Shown: positions 63,301 through 64,000 of the stretch, one piece after another
Position numbering within the stretch: position 1 is the stretch's first letter
Layout of the letters: each line of letters begins with the position of its first letter
Origin: Candidatus Daviesbacteria bacterium
Lineage (GTDB): Bacteria > Patescibacteriota > Microgenomatia > Daviesbacterales > UBA10151
Direction of reading: 5' to 3'
Assembly (NCBI GenBank): GCA_016187035.1
Contig: JACPKL010000005.1
Coordinates: 199,150 to 263,149 of the forward strand
Length of the DNA: 64,000 nt
Notes under the pieces: model-generated
The model's database searches: none
What the model saw: only the letters and a program-made list of their open reading frames with translations
What the model was told of the DNA's origin: nothing
Position numbers and translations under genes: made by a program

Positions 63301-64000
63301 CTGCCAACAGCTACTGATGAAGCCCGGAATGCTTTTACTACTAATACTTATGACCGCACCAGTGAATTTATTTGGTATTTAAAAAGGAGATTGCCGGCAG
63401 ACCAGTTTGAACTGACAGCAGCTGAGTTTTCCATGATGGCGCGATATGTATCTCAGTTTGGACTTGCTAGGAACGAAGCCATGTATAGATACTATCGTAT
63501 CCTCTATCTTTTCGAGCATCAGCAGATTGCTGATTTGCCAGATGAGATGAAAGCTTTGAGAATTACTTCTACTGCTGAAATGATTCAAAAAATCGATGAG
63601 TTAAAGAGAATGGTCTATGGAGAGAGACAATTAACAGATCCAGCAGAGCTTCGCAATTTGACCTTATTTGAAAGACAAATGTTAGCCAATGTAACCGGTT
63701 ATGATACTGCCCGTTTTGACCAGGGTGATGCAAATCGTTTGTCTGCTAAAATCGATCAATTTGCTGCTGATTTAGAGCAAGGCTTAATTATTCCTATCCC
63801 GTCTGGGTATGGGCCAGAATCTGTTGAGGCATCCAGCATTAAAGTTGAATTTAATGGCGCTGCAATAAAAGGAGATTATGAAATTCTCAGAGGAGAGATC
63901 TTAGAGTGTATTGATAATCCGCCAACAGTTGACAGATTGAAGGTTGCAGTTAGAGAAGTTATTGAAAGAAGAATCGGGAAAATCCATGATACCTTAAGTA
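60385..64000 (+). CDS. 3'-partial giant hypothetical protein (more than 1205 aa within the window), no recognised domain
   Basis: I read every codon from the ATG at 60385 to nt 63999 and found no in-frame stop. The upstream in-frame stop is at 60346-48. The ORF is missing from the supplied track, presumably because it has no stop in the window. No signal peptide, TM helix or catalytic motif was spotted. Confidence 0.85.
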   Translation, partial: MTESLTAVSDRLGPPRRTVDYPPLSDISPIRVFSLPATPAEFRAMIGLGEQPLISPEEIYEEKRRRVEEYVDHQAVAIPRNFFAGGELQRLDYQESRIQRQVADQNLATRIWRGWMRRQLTWAGVEHAAQLIQTIEENVSIGDRKDLKPSTLILLLKASDQQDEVEALKKMNLAFNRARQFCLIAGSGDLRNVPNQSIEFIGILANTPEDKWQEIYHQFDGRTQVIYNSIYGAFGEAEGTGLIQIIKQGGLTTQQQQTLTKAAVWKEFGHALPVIRNQTQDRGYESWLYYDDLLNPAVGQQIDKYYPYLVDRVAGSLDRDDKGCGGGDFIVGLQHLESTGKLALLENLINTGWDCKGIYRTMDRLAYHQGAEVGKQLENIDQILAQATTFQANPDNIGWVKAFNEYFHGMTKLFTTQVSSYEEMIRNKDDFVSVALILKSLPQTEDFKPGNFLKIEEGQAKIDRRMLSDYLEHITQQANLPDLDKRYIKGLLSLMDTEGVRYSEPKYLSAEKLSFYLYLAVHKDRVVPQMYDSRGNLAPQASFLNDLSNQGVTVDSKLMEDFVSKCANQGLLSFDLKIAYFDKMTIDNRVSTLVALPDELLVGLPAEIQASIAIFRQLPVTAQSILVFDGLNGLSKYINNRQPTAVLVDSSLAYGYFQEIRHFLTPELISSFAPEQGQAFQACLNLPPDVVKLMQGSLSEWKRCLSDGKPTPAFLRMVALKSQHGEIDIVLATTDLSTFSPAEQAYWSFYNSIPQSPYMRSFLLQQESKFSQLVVNGQLTPAFLEVAAQDRDIFVIREILPYIKIDELPVEQQAFWRHYPVMDQQGAMEIRDYLLQHRNQFTEFIEDGRPTLAFFNQINVFVNGSVNEKLIQEILDRIDRSKLSPADNIFWQYYSDNRSSPFSLFILRNKNHFAQMVEYGQETSFFYQMLAIQESEIMLNLPHIKPGLSSKQYQDIWRVAIGKEVIDSFLAALPTATDEARNAFTTNTYDRTSEFIWYLKRRLPADQFELTAAEFSMMARYVSQFGLARNEAMYRYYRILYLFEHQQIADLPDEMKALRITSTAEMIQKIDELKRMVYGERQLTDPAELRNLTLFERQMLANVTGYDTARFDQGDANRLSAKIDQFAADLEQGLIIPIPSGYGPESVEASSIKVEFNGAAIKGDYEILRGEILECIDNPPTVDRLKVAVREVIERRIGKIHDTLS

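Noticed and set aside
2057-63588. About 45 short (60-134 aa) ORFs in the track that lie antisense or out of frame inside larger, motif-supported CDSs. Examples: 2057..2299, 2849..3034, 4882..5067, 5471..6148 group, 10116..10298, 23424..23804, 30955..31260, 37837..38241, 40007..40324, 43336..43653, 45062..45364, 48450..48647, 59636..59860, 62498..62698, 63379..63588.
   Set aside because: Each is fully nested in a gene with strong family motifs. Their products are low-complexity or unrecognisable. Long shadow ORFs are expected by chance opposite real genes.
1-64000. Alternative genetic code (UGA as sense, as in some candidate phyla).
   Set aside because: Standard-code translation gives full-length, motif-complete proteins. 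TGA also clearly terminates genes at ATGA overlaps, for example 4022-4024, 10979-10981 and 35474-35476.
1-64000. CRISPR array, cas genes, integrase, prophage or a known defence system.
   Set aside because: No array of repeats of 20 bp or longer with unique spacers was seen. The only tandem repeats have 7-nt and 9-nt periods inside CDSs. No recombinase, phage or cas-like ORFs are present. hicBA is the only toxin-antitoxin-type module.

Overview
AT-rich bacterial chromosome segment. It reads in the standard code: TGA is used as a stop in several ATGA gene overlaps, so no UGA recoding. Gene style suggests a small-genome uncultivated lineage, possibly Patescibacteria/CPR, but that is inference only. 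I support about 64 CDSs, 3 tRNAs and 1 truncated tRNA. No rRNA, CRISPR array, integrase or phage genes are visible. Layout: (1) 0-22 kb, one co-directional cell-surface glycan operon with a Wzx-like flippase, 3 GT2, 6 GT4, several polytopic GT-C/ArnT-like proteins, an O-antigen-ligase-like protein, a methyltransferase, a hexapeptide acetyltransferase, a WbaP-type priming transferase and a DUF4012-like protein. (2) 22.4-25.3 kb, recO, glyQS and a hypothetical gene. (3) 25.5-41 kb, a dcw cluster (mraZ-rsmH-ftsL-ftsI ... murE-murB'-murA-murF-mraY-ftsW-murG-ftsQ/A-ftsZ), interrupted by an antisense insertion carrying an ORFan and a RAYT-like transposase. (4) 41.3-48.7 kb, a second RAYT/IS200-like element, then ileS, rodA, rplU, rpmA, parB, lepB, tRNA-Val and a nitroreductase. 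(5) 48.7-56.2 kb, a second small glycan cluster plus tRNA-Gly fused to a tRNA-Thr fragment. (6) 56.4-64 kb, hicBA, a 2H phosphoesterase, tRNA-Asp, polX, lemA and an ORF of more than 1205 codons. That ORF runs off the window and is absent from the supplied ORF track. Main second-look items: the giant domain-less ORF with ~70-aa internal repeats; two transposase-plus-repeat families, one of which frames murE with 63-bp direct repeats; 9-nt-periodic G-tract modules inside many CDSs; poly-G and heptanucleotide tracts in GT4 genes; a 10-bp-periodic TGG array upstream of mraZ; an ftsQ-ftsA fusion across an A7 tract; a truncated MurB; and MurA with Asp at the fosfomycin-target position.
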